Below, in pieces: positions 41,373 to 54,682 of a DNA stretch of 63,643 nucleotides. Source of the stretch: Octopus bimaculoides (taxonomy: Eukaryota); contig NC_068984.1 in the NCBI RefSeq assembly GCF_001194135.2, positions 30,361,518 through 30,425,160 on the forward strand, read 5' to 3'. The notes beneath the pieces are model-generated. The model ran no database searches. It was not told the origin of the DNA and was given only the letters and a program-made list of their open reading frames with translations. The translations under genes and the position numbers were made by a program. Every line of letters starts with the position of its first letter. Position 1 is the first letter of the stretch.

Positions 41373-43099
41373 TATGTATTCATCTGAGCTCTAACCTATT
41401 CTAGCATGAAGAAATATGTAAGTCAACCAAACACGCAATACGTACATGGATTTGTGTCTGTTTTTATGTTTACAGTGATTTGAAACAGGATGTTGTTTCT
41501 TGACTTAGCAGTTCCACAAATAAAATTTGATAAAATAAGTATCAGACAGAAATAAGTAAAGGGATGGATAACACTAACTAACTCTTTGTTAACTTTGCTC
41601 TTGTCTTGTTACAGTTGAAATCCAGTAAGAGATTAAATATATGCTGTAAACCTCTGAACCAACACTCATTAAATTCTCTTATGTAGTAAGTATATTATTA
41701 TCATATAATGATAGGGGTAGTGGCAATGGTGGCAGTAGCAACAGTAATAGAAGTAGCAGTGGTTGTAGTTACTTCATCCCAGTTCAGCTCTAATTAAGCA
41801 GATTTTAATTAGTAATAGCATTCTAGTTATGAATATCTTATATTTTTCAGAAATAAAAATGTTTCTAGGCTTACATTGTACATCATAAATTTCAGTTATT
41901 GAAGACGTTAGAATGCAATTTAGCTGCTATTTCTACCAAATTTCCCAACCACATAAAAAAAGGCTACCTTTGTGGATTGTGTAATTGTGGCACATGTTTT
42001 CTGCTATAAAAATGAGGTTTGCTTAATTTTACAGTGTAGTGTTTTGTGTGAGGGAATTGTAAATTTTCTTAATAGATTGAAAGGTTTGCTCTATTCTCTG
42101 CAGCTGATCTCTTAAGATTCATAAGAATCAAAGCTGTTTGTCAATCAAACAGACTAAAGCAAGCAGAATTATGTAAACTGATACAAGATAACACAATGAC
42201 TGTCATGACTATTCAGTTGTCAATCTCATCCATTGGCATCTTCACATTCTACTGCAATTCATATTAGATTTTTGTTTTAACACTTTTTGGAAGCTTGTTA
42301 CTGTTGTAGAATAATGCATATTACATAACTCTTGATGTAGACGTATTCTTTTGTGCTAATTAATTAACTTAAGAGTGGAATTGCTTCCTATTTTCTAAGT
42401 AAACGGATGCGTAGTGTTAGATAAATTTTCTCCTAATAGATACGCTCTCACATGCATGCATACATTCTCTTTTGCTCTCTCCCTTTCTCTTCCTCTCAGT
42501 TTATCTGTCTGCCTGAGTCTAGCACACAGATGGAATTAGTTATTTAGATTGACATGAACAGTATTATGACGATACTCTACTGTAATCCACCACTCATTCA
42601 ATTATCTCACCCACTTAGTGTACCAGCTAAGAGTAATCCCATCCTTGGTAGCTGTATCTGGTTTTATAGACTGAAGCAAAGATCAGGCTTGTCCAAGTCT
42701 ACATTACGGCATGTGTGTGTGAGAGAGGAATTAGAAAATCTTACCACATTGACCAATCAACCAGTGTGAATATACAAAATAAGAAATACCAGACTTGAAC
42801 TTGTTTGGTTAGTGATGTAATCTGTCTGAGATGATGTCTAGAAATTGAATTACATTGTAGATGAGCTATGATTATACTCTTGCATTGTTACGTTCATTTC
42901 TGTCTTATTTTGTATTTGCATTGAATATGAAAGAAAATATTTGTTAATACTATTATATGGTTTTAATAAAAAGCAATTATATTAACAATAGGCACAGTTA
43001 AAGTGAAACAAAAGTGATTATAACAGAATAAGGGTTTTCAGAAATAGTTTTCACTATGAAGTTACATACATACATCATCATTGAGCTGCCCTCCCTGAG

Positions 43100-43920
43100 C
43101 CCAAGGTTTGATTGGCCAAGACTCTCCAGTTTGGTCAATATTGTGCTGCATGCATACAATCAGTCACATTACAGTTTCCAGTTAATTTTTTAATAACATC
43201 TGTCCACAAACTCCTTTGACAGACTCTTGCCCTTTTCCCCTCCACAGCTCCTGTCAGGATGGCTTGTACAGTGACTCATTGTATGTCCAAAATATGGTAG
43301 CTTTGTGGACTCTTATTTCTTAAAAGGTGTCTTTGGATTTTCAGCATTTCTATCTCTGCAGAGTTTTTTTACTCTGTTTTTCAAGTTATTTGGCCCACTC
43401 TATAAAATATCCTCATCTCAAATACTTTCTTTCTTCTCCATCTATTTGTATATTATCCAAGTTTTTGCCTGACAAAGAGCAACTGGCATGATATAACAAT
43501 TTACTAACCTCAATTTTCGGTGCAATGTTATGTCTTTGAAGTGAAGATCTTTGTAATTCTTATAGATGTTGTTTTAGACTAATCTATTCTATGAGTAACT
43601 TTTACTCAGTGATCTTTTCCATTAATTATTTGTCATAATTCTTTTAATTCTACAAACTTTCAAGTACTTTTATTTGTGCAGTCTTCTGTGTATCAACTTT
43701 TATATATGCTTCCTTACTCATAACCATTGTCATATTCATAACCATTGTACTTGTTCTCTTTAAATCCATATTTTGGTCTTTCTTGTCACTTTGCTCTTTT
43801 CCAATAATTTCTTGTAATTTCTCATTGTTGTTTGCCAATAATGCTGTATCATAGCATATCTTATATTGTTTGTGACCATGTCATTGTCTGTGAGACCTTT
43901 GATGGTATTTGACTCTCTAA
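43100..43920 (-). mobile_element. RTE LINE RT C-terminal relic
   Basis: Frameshifted NNIRYA(D)DTALLANNNEKLQEII...KRTSTMVM, and downstream YFGHTM. Many stops. Confidence 0.7.
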
Positions 43921-45939
43921 ATATATACAGTGTAGATATTAAACAGGTAAAGAGATAGCACTCACAAATGTGATATATACATACTCATTGACAGGTATAC
44001 ATACATATGTAGGATTTAATTTGTAACCATGTGACTTCATGGTGACACACACATACATACACACATACACACACACACTTAGACATACATATCGCAGGTA
44101 GAAACTTCGTATGATATACCCGGTGCAAGCTGTCAACACATAAGAGATGCAACAATATCAGAGGAAGGTTAATAAGGAAAATAATCTTTGTGTGTGGCAG
44201 ATGTACAGGTACAGTAAACACTAGAATTGTAATTTAAACTCACACAAATTGGTTCTATAATACAAACTACTTCTTTTGAAGTAATTTAAATTAAAACATT
44301 CCATCAAAATTTCGTGTTAATGTTTCAAATATTGTCTTGATAATAACAAAATTACTTTACTAAATTCTTCATGTTTTCAAAATGAATTGCAATAAAGGCA
44401 GTGTATTTCAACTGAAATTTGGTAATAAATGGATTAAAAGGAGATGGAGGGGGCAGATTCCATACTTACACTATCTACTTATTGTACTCTTTTTGCATTT
44501 TAGGTTGCATCTACAAGAACAACTATTTCTCATAATTAACTAGTTAAATAGCACCTCCATCAAAGCCAACCTCTCCCTGACTCTTTTTACACATTCTGTG
44601 TTTCCTTCATTCTCCATCTGCATCAATGATCACGCATCAAGCCTCTCGAAGTTTCCATTCCTGTCTTTTTATTTTATTGCAGTCGTCATTAACTGCATCA
44701 AATTCATCAGTCTCAGAGGTCTTGTGACGGTCATAGATACAGCCTCCTTTCTTCTGACTAAATGATAGCTAAGCTATAAATATATACACATTTGTGTATG
44801 TGTGTATATGTGTGTGTATGTATGTAGGGATGAATGTGTATTATGTGTGTGTATGCATCATTGTTTGAGAATGCATTTGCGTGAGTTTAAATTAAATTAT
44901 TTGACATGTTTTGCTACTTCTTTAAGGAAAAAATTTTAAAAAGAGGTGAAAAAATTATTGCTTAGTTTCCACAATTTTCAGAGAGTTGTTGCACATATTA
45001 GATTTTCAATATATCTTTAAAGAAATGTAATTAACTGTCATTTATAACTTTGCAGAGGATTTTAATCACAAGCCAGTGACAGCAATAAATATTATTGAAA
45101 ACCTGATTAGGTAGTACAATAAGAGAATTAGCCAAGAAACAGACTAGAAACATAAGAAAATAGAATGCTAATGTCCATTTTAGAACTGTGTCAACCCTTG
45201 ACTTTCTAACAATCTAATTAAATGAAGAGGAATTCTTGGGTCGTGACTTTTAAATATTTCTGGTTTTGAGAGCAATTTGCAGCAATTTCTAAATTTACAA
45301 TAAGCTGAACTATTTGGTTTTCATTGAAAATAACTATTGTGTTCATATATGTCACAAGAGAATATATCATATAAAAAGTAAAACACAAAAGTTTCTATTG
45401 TCAAAAGTATATTTGGTTTATTCTATTTGTCTTTAAATAATCCCCAAAAAAGAGATTAGAGATTCTGTCAAATAGGTTCAGTATCCTCATTCATCAATTC
45501 AGATCGAAAAAGTTATCCTAATCCATAGTATTGAACATTGGCTGATATTTACAAATATCATACCTGATAGAACAGTGTTTTGACGAAATAGTTTAGTCTA
45601 ATGTTTACTGACTTTTAATTTCATTGTAAGATATAAAATGAGAATGCTTTCATGTAATAGAATGTTAGAACTACATGTTCATGGAAATATTTCATGCACA
45701 AATAATTTTATTTACATATCAGATTAACATTTTGTTTTGTTTTCTTTAACGATGATACGAATCAAGAAAGTACAGAGCATTTACTGGAGACAGAAGAAAG
45801 TAAGTGGCACACATTATAAGAACGCAAGATATTTCAAAAACAGGATCTTAAATATTTCCTAAAAGTCTTGAAGCATTTTCTGGAGAATTTTAAAAATATT
45901 TGGTAAATAAAGGCATTTGGTACATGATAATAGAGTACA

Positions 45940-46385
45940 CTTGTTTAAAGGAATCTAAACATATTTAGCTATTGAAAACTGAATTTCATTTAGACTTGGT
46001 CTGTAAGACTGACAGAATCAATAGAACAGCAGATGTCTTCCAAAGCTGGTTCCATAGGACAATACTAAGTATTTCTTGGCATGACCTCATTATGAATGAA
46101 GAAGTCATAGAAGCAAATCAGGTAATGTATCCTACATGATACCATCACTTTAAGATGACAGAAGGCTCTCTGTCATTTGTTATGAAGAGACCATTAAGAA
46201 CTCCTCTTGAATGGTAATCAGAGAGGGAGCATAGGAGGTCAAACAGATCTGTCAAGTCCTGGTTGAGAATTGTGGCAGAGGATCTTCTAGATATGGGCCT
46301 GGGAGAAAGTTTATGAAAGGAAGGCAATCATTGTGAGAGGAGTTCTCTGATCACTCTATGCTCAATGAGGAAGGAAATTAGACGT
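45940..46385 (+). mobile_element. RTE-type LINE ORF2 3' relic
   Basis: DVFQSWFHRTILSISWHDLIMNEEVIEANQ...LRTPLEW*SEREHRRSNRSVKSWLRIVAEDLLDMGL. Confidence 0.65.
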
Positions 46386-47689
46386 ACATTTTGATGGTTA
46401 TTTAATGTTTTGCTTTTGAATATATATCATTTTACTTTTATTTAAGCCAAACTATTTGAAAAGTTATATTTTCAACATGCTCAGTAGAGAAGTCTCAAAA
46501 AGGATACATTAGTTTGGTTTACTACTTTTAATTGCTTGAAGTGAAGTAAAATTGTTACACCAGGCAGGTGAAACAGCATAAAGGGTATATTTTCCAATAG
46601 ACCAGGTCTGTGTGTTGGCTTCATGAGAAATTGTTTTCAATTTTACACTACTTAACACAGTTAAAAACTATTTTAGGTTGATATACATTGTTGCTTTTCC
46701 AGTATATTCCATATGTATAACACAAGGAACATTAAATTTAAGAGATTTGATGAAACTACCAACTAATTATAGGCTGATGATCAAAAAGAATAATTTCTTC
46801 ATGAAAACATTTCCTGTATGAAGAAATATATCTATACATTAGATTAATGGTCATTTATGTTTCCTGTGGATAATGATCTAAACCAACTCTCCTAACTCCA
46901 GCCATTACATTGCTTATTCTATATTTGCAAATTAGCATGTGTCACAATACAATAATTATTTCTAAGAGGTTTCAATACTTCACTGATGACATAAAACCCA
47001 AAATATTAATTTAAAGTCATTTATGGGTTCTCTTCCAATTAAGAGATCAGTTTTTGTAGAATGACTGAACTATTAAAAATAGAAAAAAAAAAATTATTAC
47101 TCCTTTCTAGAAAAAACTCCTGATATTAAAAAAAAAATTTACTCTCCTAGATGATTAAATTTATTTTCCCAATAATTTTCTTCTTATTTGAAGCCATGGA
47201 CTGTGTGGCATGTTTATATAATTTATCCATTTTGCTGTGAGGAATATTTTTCTGATATTTCAACAAGTTCTATGTTTATAATGATCAGTTGAGAACTAGG
47301 GAAATGAAGACTAAAAGTAGAAACCAAAATGTAAAGATGTCAACGTTACCTTAAAATATATATATATAAATAATATTCCTTTTTCCTAAAGGTATCTCTC
47401 ATGTCATGCAAAAGATGAAGTAGCCATTTTCTGCTGATCATTAATATTCTAGCGAAATCCATGACTGCAGCATTATAAAAGTATATTCTATGCATAATTT
47501 TTCTTCCAAAAAATATTTGCAATGGGCAATGTAGCCCATAGCCTATTATAAACCCTCAGAACAGAAGTATGAAGACATAATTGTAGATTAATGGAATACA
47601 GATTTAAAACTTTCTGCTGCCACTTAAGAGAGGTAAATAATGATGATGATGATGATATTAATTTAGATTAATATATATAACTATTCCTT

Positions 47690-48130
47690 ATATTAATAGA
47701 TATATGTGTTCCCACTGATAAAACTATATCTGTCAAGGAATTTGACAAACTAAGTAAATATAAGGACCTGAAAATTGAAATACAAAAGATGTAGCATCTT
47801 AAAATGAGAACTGTTCCTGTTACTGTAGGTGCTCTAGGTATGATACAAAAGGGATGTCAGAAACATCTAGATAAGATCCCAGGAGAACCATGTCTCAGAG
47901 AAATCCAAAAGTTTGTAGTGACTAGTACAGCCCACATCTTTAGAAAAAACCTATCCATTTAAATGTCTGTGTTCTATTATATGAAGATATTTTGCTACTT
48001 CCCCTTCCCAAGCTTTCAGTTATACTGTAACTCCTCTTATCCTTCACTTGCCCCAGGGAATTGGGTGTGTCTTGGCAAGTGACTGTAACAAACATGCAGA
48101 ATGAAAGTAAAAAATAATAACAACAACAGC
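47690..48130 (+). mobile_element. R4/Dong-like LINE 3' end with (AAT/AAC)n tail
   Basis: IDICVPTDKTISVKEFDKLSKYKDLKIEIQKM*HLKMRTVPVTVGALGMIQKG...EIQKFVVTSTAHIFRKNLSI*. Confidence 0.9.
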
Positions 48131-48134
48131 AACT

Positions 48135-48660
48135 GTAGTAACAATAGGCAAAAGTGTGCATTTGAATGTCAGTCAAGTGTGTGGTTTCAAAGCTGAAAAA
48201 TGGCATGAATACAAACCAGAGGCTGTGAGAAAAGTTGAGAACTACAAGGACCATACTACTGAGGCAAGAAGACCAGATATAATTATAGGAAACAAAATAA
48301 ACAAACAGTATAAGATTTTGAAATTCCCTCTGATAGTAGAGTTGATACCAAAGAAACTGAAAAAAATTGAGAAGTATCAAGATCTAGTTAGAGTGCTAAG
48401 GAGACTGTAGAAGACCAAGACAACAATTATTCTTGTAGTAATTGGTGCACTTGGCACAACACACAAAATGCTTCCTATAAGACTGAAAAAAATTGGAATT
48501 CAAAATCACATTGTTGAATTATGGAAAATTACCATCCTATATTCTGCAAGAATCCTAAGAAAGATTTTTGAGATTTGATGGGGCTTGTTGTCACTGAGCC
48601 TCAAGATAAAATACCAGCTAACTAAATTATCATGTACTGGCAAAATAATAATAATAACTT
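48135..48660 (+). mobile_element. R4/Dong-like LINE 3' fragment (second in tandem)
   Basis: KWHEYKPEAV...EARRPDIII...KIEKYQDLVRVLRRL*KTKTTIILVVIGALG, followed by an (AAT)n tail. Confidence 0.85.
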
Positions 48661-48673
48661 GCTTAATCATATA

Positions 48674-48839
48674 TGTTACTGTCGTGTCAACGCCCCCAGG
48701 CGAAGAAGTAGGATCTCCCAAAACATATAAATAGAGGTAGTCCGGTCATGGTAGGAGTGTTGAGTAGCAGTTGTGTAGCGGCTGAGTAGAGATCATCCGA
48801 AGGTGCTAGATAGCAGTAGCTTGAGACATAACAGTTACA
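48674..48839 (+). mobile_element. Possible solo LTR
   Basis: 166-bp GC/CpG-richer island with TGT...ACA ends and internal TATAAATA. Flanks TATA/TATC are an imperfect 4-bp TSD. Confidence 0.35.
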
Positions 48840-48939
48840 TATCCTGATGATGATAGAATATCAGAAAGAGAAAAAGAGAAGCCAGTCAAATTTGAAGTGG
48901 GAGTTGAAAAGACTGTGGAGGTGAGTGTTGTACATGTTG

Positions 48940-49190
48940 CTGTTGAAACCTTGGCATCTTGAGAACTATAAGTATGAAGCTCATAAACTGGATGGGAAAA
49001 ATAGAAGAAAAGTGAAGATCGAGCATCTACAGAAAAAAAGTACTGCTTGGAACTGCACAAATCCTCTGCAGAGATTTAAAAATCTGAATGTTCCGGAGCA
49101 AATGGACTATGTTAAACAATAACAACAGCAGTGGTAGCAGCAATAACAGCAACAGTAACAACAGCAAAATGAAGAATAGTAATAGTGAAT
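48940..49190 (+). mobile_element. R4/Dong-like LINE extreme 3' end (third in tandem)
   Basis: LGILRTISMKLINWMGKIE...KIEHLQKK(frameshift)VLLGTAQILCRDLKI*, followed by an (AAC/AGC)n tail. Confidence 0.7.
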
Positions 49191-51470
49191 ATTGTTTCAT
49201 ATACACATTTAGTAACAAATATACTGGTGCAAGGAATATGATTGTGTGAGGTTAATGGTATTCATGACTTTCTTATATGGATTAGCAACATCATTGACAG
49301 GAATTTGTTATGACCAAGAATAAAAACTGACTCGTCATTATTCTACATTTTGAAACCTAAATGTCAGATGATACTAAAAACTGAAGCTAAAATACTTAAT
49401 GTAGTGGATTAAAAAATTATTCTGTTTATATGAAAACATGTCATTAGGTTAATTATTCATTTTGGTGAAGAAAGTCAAAGGAAACAACAATGGAAATTAT
49501 ATTAAAATTCATACTGAGATAAATTCATTGGAAATAGAATGCAGTGGGTATTGAGTCTGATATTTGGTACTAAAATGACTAGCACAGACATATTTCAGTC
49601 TTATTAAACCTCCCTAGTGAAGCATATTATTACTATTACTGTCAGATATATGATAACCAGAGTTTTAGTAAATGAACTCTGAGCTGGGTGATATCATAAA
49701 AAAATGAAATAAAGAAGTTATCTAGGGAGGTCTGCTACAATGAAAAAAAAAAAAAGAAAAGAGAGAGAGAGAGAAGTCAATGCTAATGTGCTTAATATAC
49801 TGAACCAAGAATTTTAATCAACTAGAATTCATTGTGAGAACAAAATATTCATCAGTTTAATGATTAATTTTGGACAATAAAGTCAGTGGCATTCAGCTTC
49901 ATTTTTACATCTGTTTATTCATGTTCGAATGTGTTAGGCAAATATATTAATGAGCTGAATTAATTTAGTGCTATGCATGTCGTTGGTGGAATCATTGGGT
50001 TGAATTGCATTTATTTGACAATTATTAGACTGAGGCTACTCTTTCCCTTGTCAGTTTATAACGCTACCCTCTTACTGGTTGGATTAAACAGCAAGCTATC
50101 TGTTTAACCACAGAGCCATGATTAGAGCTTATGTTATGTTCCAAAACTCCACTCACAAAAGTTTAAATAGTGATAGTGATTTAGGCAACAACACAGTAAT
50201 TATTAAGAAATGGCCTTTGTTGATTCCATCAATCCTAGAGCTTGACTAATATAATATTTTATCAAGCCAAAAAGAATGAAAGGCAAAGATGACATTAGCA
50301 GTATTTCAATGCATATCTTAAAAAGCTGAAGCAAATATGGAAAATTAATAACTTCTTGCATGGGTACAAAGTCTGGAATTTGGATGAGGGGGAACAATTA
50401 ATTTTATCTATCCCAGTACTGATCTGGCACTTTATTTTATTAAAACGAAATAGTTGGAAACAATGTTGACTTCAGTAGAATTTGAACTCAGAATGTTATG
50501 TGTTAGGACAAATACCAAAAAGGCATTTTGTCCAATTCTCTGAAAATACTGCCAAAGAATGGGATGATAAAAGTTCATGATTTAGGCTTTATTCCAACAA
50601 TTTTGATGAGAGCTGGTTAGTTGATTACATCCACTCTAGTATTTGATTGGTTCTTTATTTGACCAACCCCAAAAGGATGAAAAGTAAAGTTGTCCGTGGA
50701 GGGATTTGAATTTAGAATGTCAAGTATTGAAACAAACACAAAAGCATTTTGTCCAATGCTTTAAAGATTCAACCAATCCATAAAATAATTAATAACTATT
50801 GTAATGAACATGTCATGCCATGTGGAATAAATTTAACTAACTGACTCCAGAATGGTCCATTAATGTGGCGACTGGTGCAACAAGTTAGCGAATTTACTGG
50901 ATTTTAACACACAAAACTTCCCTTTATTATTTCACTTTGTATACACATCAATTAATTTTTGACTTATTCTTGTTTCAGTTGGTGTTCTGCCAGTTTATCA
51001 ATTTAGTTTATTGAATGAAAACCCATTTCATATCTAGTGCTGGAAGATTTCTTCCATTCTTACAATGCATTAAAAATGACATTCATTTTTCTGTTTCCTT
51101 TCTTAATATTAGGGAAGATGGCTTATATAATGTGATGTACATTAAATAATGATGCATGTGTATGCGTGTGCATGTATCTGTGTAGGAATAAAATTTTCTT
51201 AATTTGTGTGCATGCATATAGAAGTACCGATCAGAATATGTTTTGCTCAAACAAATAAACTCTATATATGGACACATATTCAATACAGAAACATATTTCC
51301 ATGTGTGGGTATATACGTTAAATTCAATGACATATATAGATGTGTGTATGCATATGTGTGTGTGTATGTGTGTGTGTATGTATGGATATGTTTTTGTGTT
51401 TACAGAAACTTATGTAGCTTCTATGTGTAAGTATATATTCAAAATTCAATGATGTGTGTTCATATGTGTG

Positions 51471-51515
<45 letters not shown>

Positions 51516-52064
51516 GTCCATATGTATCTATACACATACATGCACATGTATATAAATATATGTATGAATGTAAGTAAGTATGGAGTACCATAAAGCCCTT
51601 ACACTATGTGTCGAAGGGTCTATACAAACCTGATAATATTTTAGATTAATGATATTCTAAAAATAGTGATATCACATTCTTCATAAGCTTATTTCCAATT
51701 AAGACCATAAAGCAGTGAGTTATGCACAGGATTTGACAACTAACACTGTAATTTATATTAAAAAATAATACAAACAATAGGAAAATATGAATTAAGCACC
51801 AATATATTTTTCTGTGTATGTATGCAAAAGTGTATACACATACATACATGCATATATACATACATACAAAACTAAATAACGACATACATATGTGCATACA
51901 CACATACATACATACATATATACATAGTTTACTGTTCCATTGAGGTAAGATCAACAAAACAGTACTCCATGCTCTAAGAGATAAATATTTTGTACACTTA
52001 TTCTTACTGCTCAATATTAGAGTCTTTCTTTCTCTCTCTCTACACACACACATATATAGGCACA

Positions 52065-52716
52065 ATACTTTTGAGTGTTGGGCCTCACGGAAGCAATGAC
52101 CAAGACCTTGGCATTATGTGTGCTTGAGAAGAAGATCCATCAAGCCAAGCAAAATCGCAGTCATGGCAGATACTGGTGTCATGCAAATGGCACCATGCCA
52201 GTGGCACATAAAATAACCCATTAGACTCTTGGAGTGGTTGGTGTTAGGAAGGGCATCCAGTCATAGAAAATCATGCCAAATCAAACTAGAGCCTGGCACA
52301 ATCTTCCAGCGTACCAGCCCAGCCAAATCATTCAACCCATGGCAGCATGGGCAACAAACATTAAGTGAGGAGGATGATGAGGAGGAGGATTTCATCATCA
52401 TCATCATCGTTGTCGTTTAACGTCCGCCTTCCATGCTAGCATGGGTTGGATGATTTGACTGAGGACTGGTGAAGCCAGATGGTTACACTAGGCTCCAATC
52501 TGATCTGGCAGAGTTTCTACAGCTGAATGCCCTTCCTAACGCCAACCATTCAGAGAGTGTAGTTGGTGTTTTTACATGCCACCCGCATGAAGGCCAGTCA
52601 GGTGGTACTGGCAACGGCCACTCTCAAAATGGTGTATTTTATGTGCCACCCGCACAAGAGCCAGTCCAGGGGCACTGGCAACGATCTCGCTCAAATGTTC
52701 TTACACATGGCGCGGG

Positions 52717-52720
<4 letters not shown>
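52065..52720. mobile_element. Tail-to-tail inverted pair of RTE-3'-end-type repeats
   Basis: Plus copy 52065-52380 and minus copy 52390-52720 meet at GAT/GAG and CAT tails. Confidence 0.85.
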
Positions 52721-52794
<74 letters not shown>

Positions 52795-53159
52795 CATACA
52801 TATCCTTCCCTTGTTTATTTTCCTTGTCTACTGTATCCTTCCCTTGTCTACTGTATCATTATTGTGATTTTTCTGCTCTTTTCCCCAGTCTTCTGCACTA
52901 TCATTCATCCCTTAATCTTCCCTACATCCCCAACTCATATGTATCACTTGTCACTCCCTAGTTGTCATTTACAATATCTGCCTTTCAATCATACCCAATT
53001 TCTAAACTTATCACCTATTTTGCTCTACTTTGTCTGCTTATTATCCCTCAACAATTTGTTGTTCATTGTACTCACCCCTCTTCCATTTCCTATCCCTAGC
53101 TATTTCTTACTGAAGCACATTATTGTAATCTTGGCACCCACAAAAACAATGTAAAGTCA

Positions 53160-54010
53160 GTAAAAGAGGAAAATATTCTTGCTGATGGGAAAGAGAAGAC
53201 AGGTGTATGACATTTGCCTAGCAAATTCTTTATAGATACAGAGCAGTTTGAAGGAGAAACGAGCTAGAACTGGTAGAAGAAAAGTGGCTTGAGGAAAGAG
53301 ACTCCTCAAGCCACTTGAAAGAATGGTTATGGCTTCACAAGAGCAAGTATTGTGGATGAGAAACATCTGCAAAGTCACTAAAAAAGAAAATATTGACAGG
53401 AAATGTAGGAATCTACAGTGAAAGAGAAGAAACAATTGCATGCATAATTTCGGAATATCCAAAACTAATCTAGAAAGAGTATAAGAAATAGAGATACGAT
53501 AGGGAGGTGAATGTCATGCAGTGGGAAATCTGTAAGATGTACAACTTCCTTTCTTCCGAAAAGTGGTATGACTACAAAATGGAGAAAGTGTTGGAGAATG
53601 AAAATACAAAGATCTTGTAGGATTCTAAACTGCAGACAGAAATGTCATTGAATACTCTTTGCCTGACATCATTTTCTTCTGCAAAATATCTTGTAAATGT
53701 ATAATGGTGGATATAGCATACCCCTTTGATACCAGAGTGAAAGAGAAAAAAGCAGGAAAAGATAGATAAGTATGATGATTTCAGATATGAATTTGGGTTG
53801 CTATGAGAATGTAAGAGTGAAAAGATAGTGCCACTTGTCATCGGCATGTTGGGTAATGCAAGTAGAAATTTTGAAAACATTGAGCAACATCTTTATTGTT
53901 ACATAAGCTTTGCAATTGTATAGAAAGCCTGTTTATAAGGGACAGTAAGAATCTTTAGAAAGATGTGAGATACCTAAGGTCACAAGCTGTGACTGCTATC
54001 CAGTAAAATT
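53160..54010 (+). mobile_element. R4/Dong-like LINE 3' fragment
   Basis: Frameshifted AFLKRETESLLMAAQEQ-like, HWEICK, KWYDYKMEKVLENENTKIL*DSKLQTE and PFDTRVKEKKQEKIDKYDDFRYEFGLL motifs. Confidence 0.85.
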
Positions 54011-54069
54011 AACTGACAAAAAAAAAAAAAAACCTATGATCAAGAGATAAACATTAATAATAAAAATAT

Positions 54070-54480
54070 TTTTAAAATAATTAGTAAGCCTAATTGTAGC
54101 AGCCCAAGATAAAGTGATGAAAACAAACTACTTAAGAAAAAACATATATGGAGAGAATGTGTCAGAAAAATGTAGAGTCTGTGAAACTTGGAACAAGACA
54201 GTGGCACATGTTGTGGAAGAATGCCCCACGTTGGCACAAGAAGAATATAAGAAATGGAAGCACGACCAGGTTCTGAAAGTTTTACACTTGAAACTGTGCC
54301 AGAAATGTGGATTTGAAGCTGGAAACACATGGTACAATCATCAAGTCAAAAGAGTAACAGAGTCGGAGTAATGTAAGATTTTGTGGGACTTACCAATTCA
54401 AACAGAAAAGAAGTTACAAAATAATAGACCACATATTACAATTGTAGATAAAGAAAACTGATGTTGCTTACTTATTGAAC
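54070..54480 (+). mobile_element. R4/Dong-like LINE fragment (CCHC knuckle to endonuclease)
   Basis: ORF 54114-54371 KCRVCETWNKTVAHVVEECPTLAQEEYKKWKHDQVLKVLHLKLCQKCGF, then KILWDLPIQTEKKLQNNRPHITIVDK. Confidence 0.9.
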
Positions 54481-54682
54481 TTTAATTATCTTTTTCTGAT
54501 GATATCTGAAAAGAAACAGCAATTTTAGCAAAGCATATTAAGCGACACTAATAATAAATGAAATAAAAATAAACAAGCCTTTGACAATTTTATAGATATA
54601 TCAAAATTATGATGCTAGGCGTTTCCCTTATTTTGTCCAACCCTTGTATATATATATATATATATTAGAAATATAATATTTC

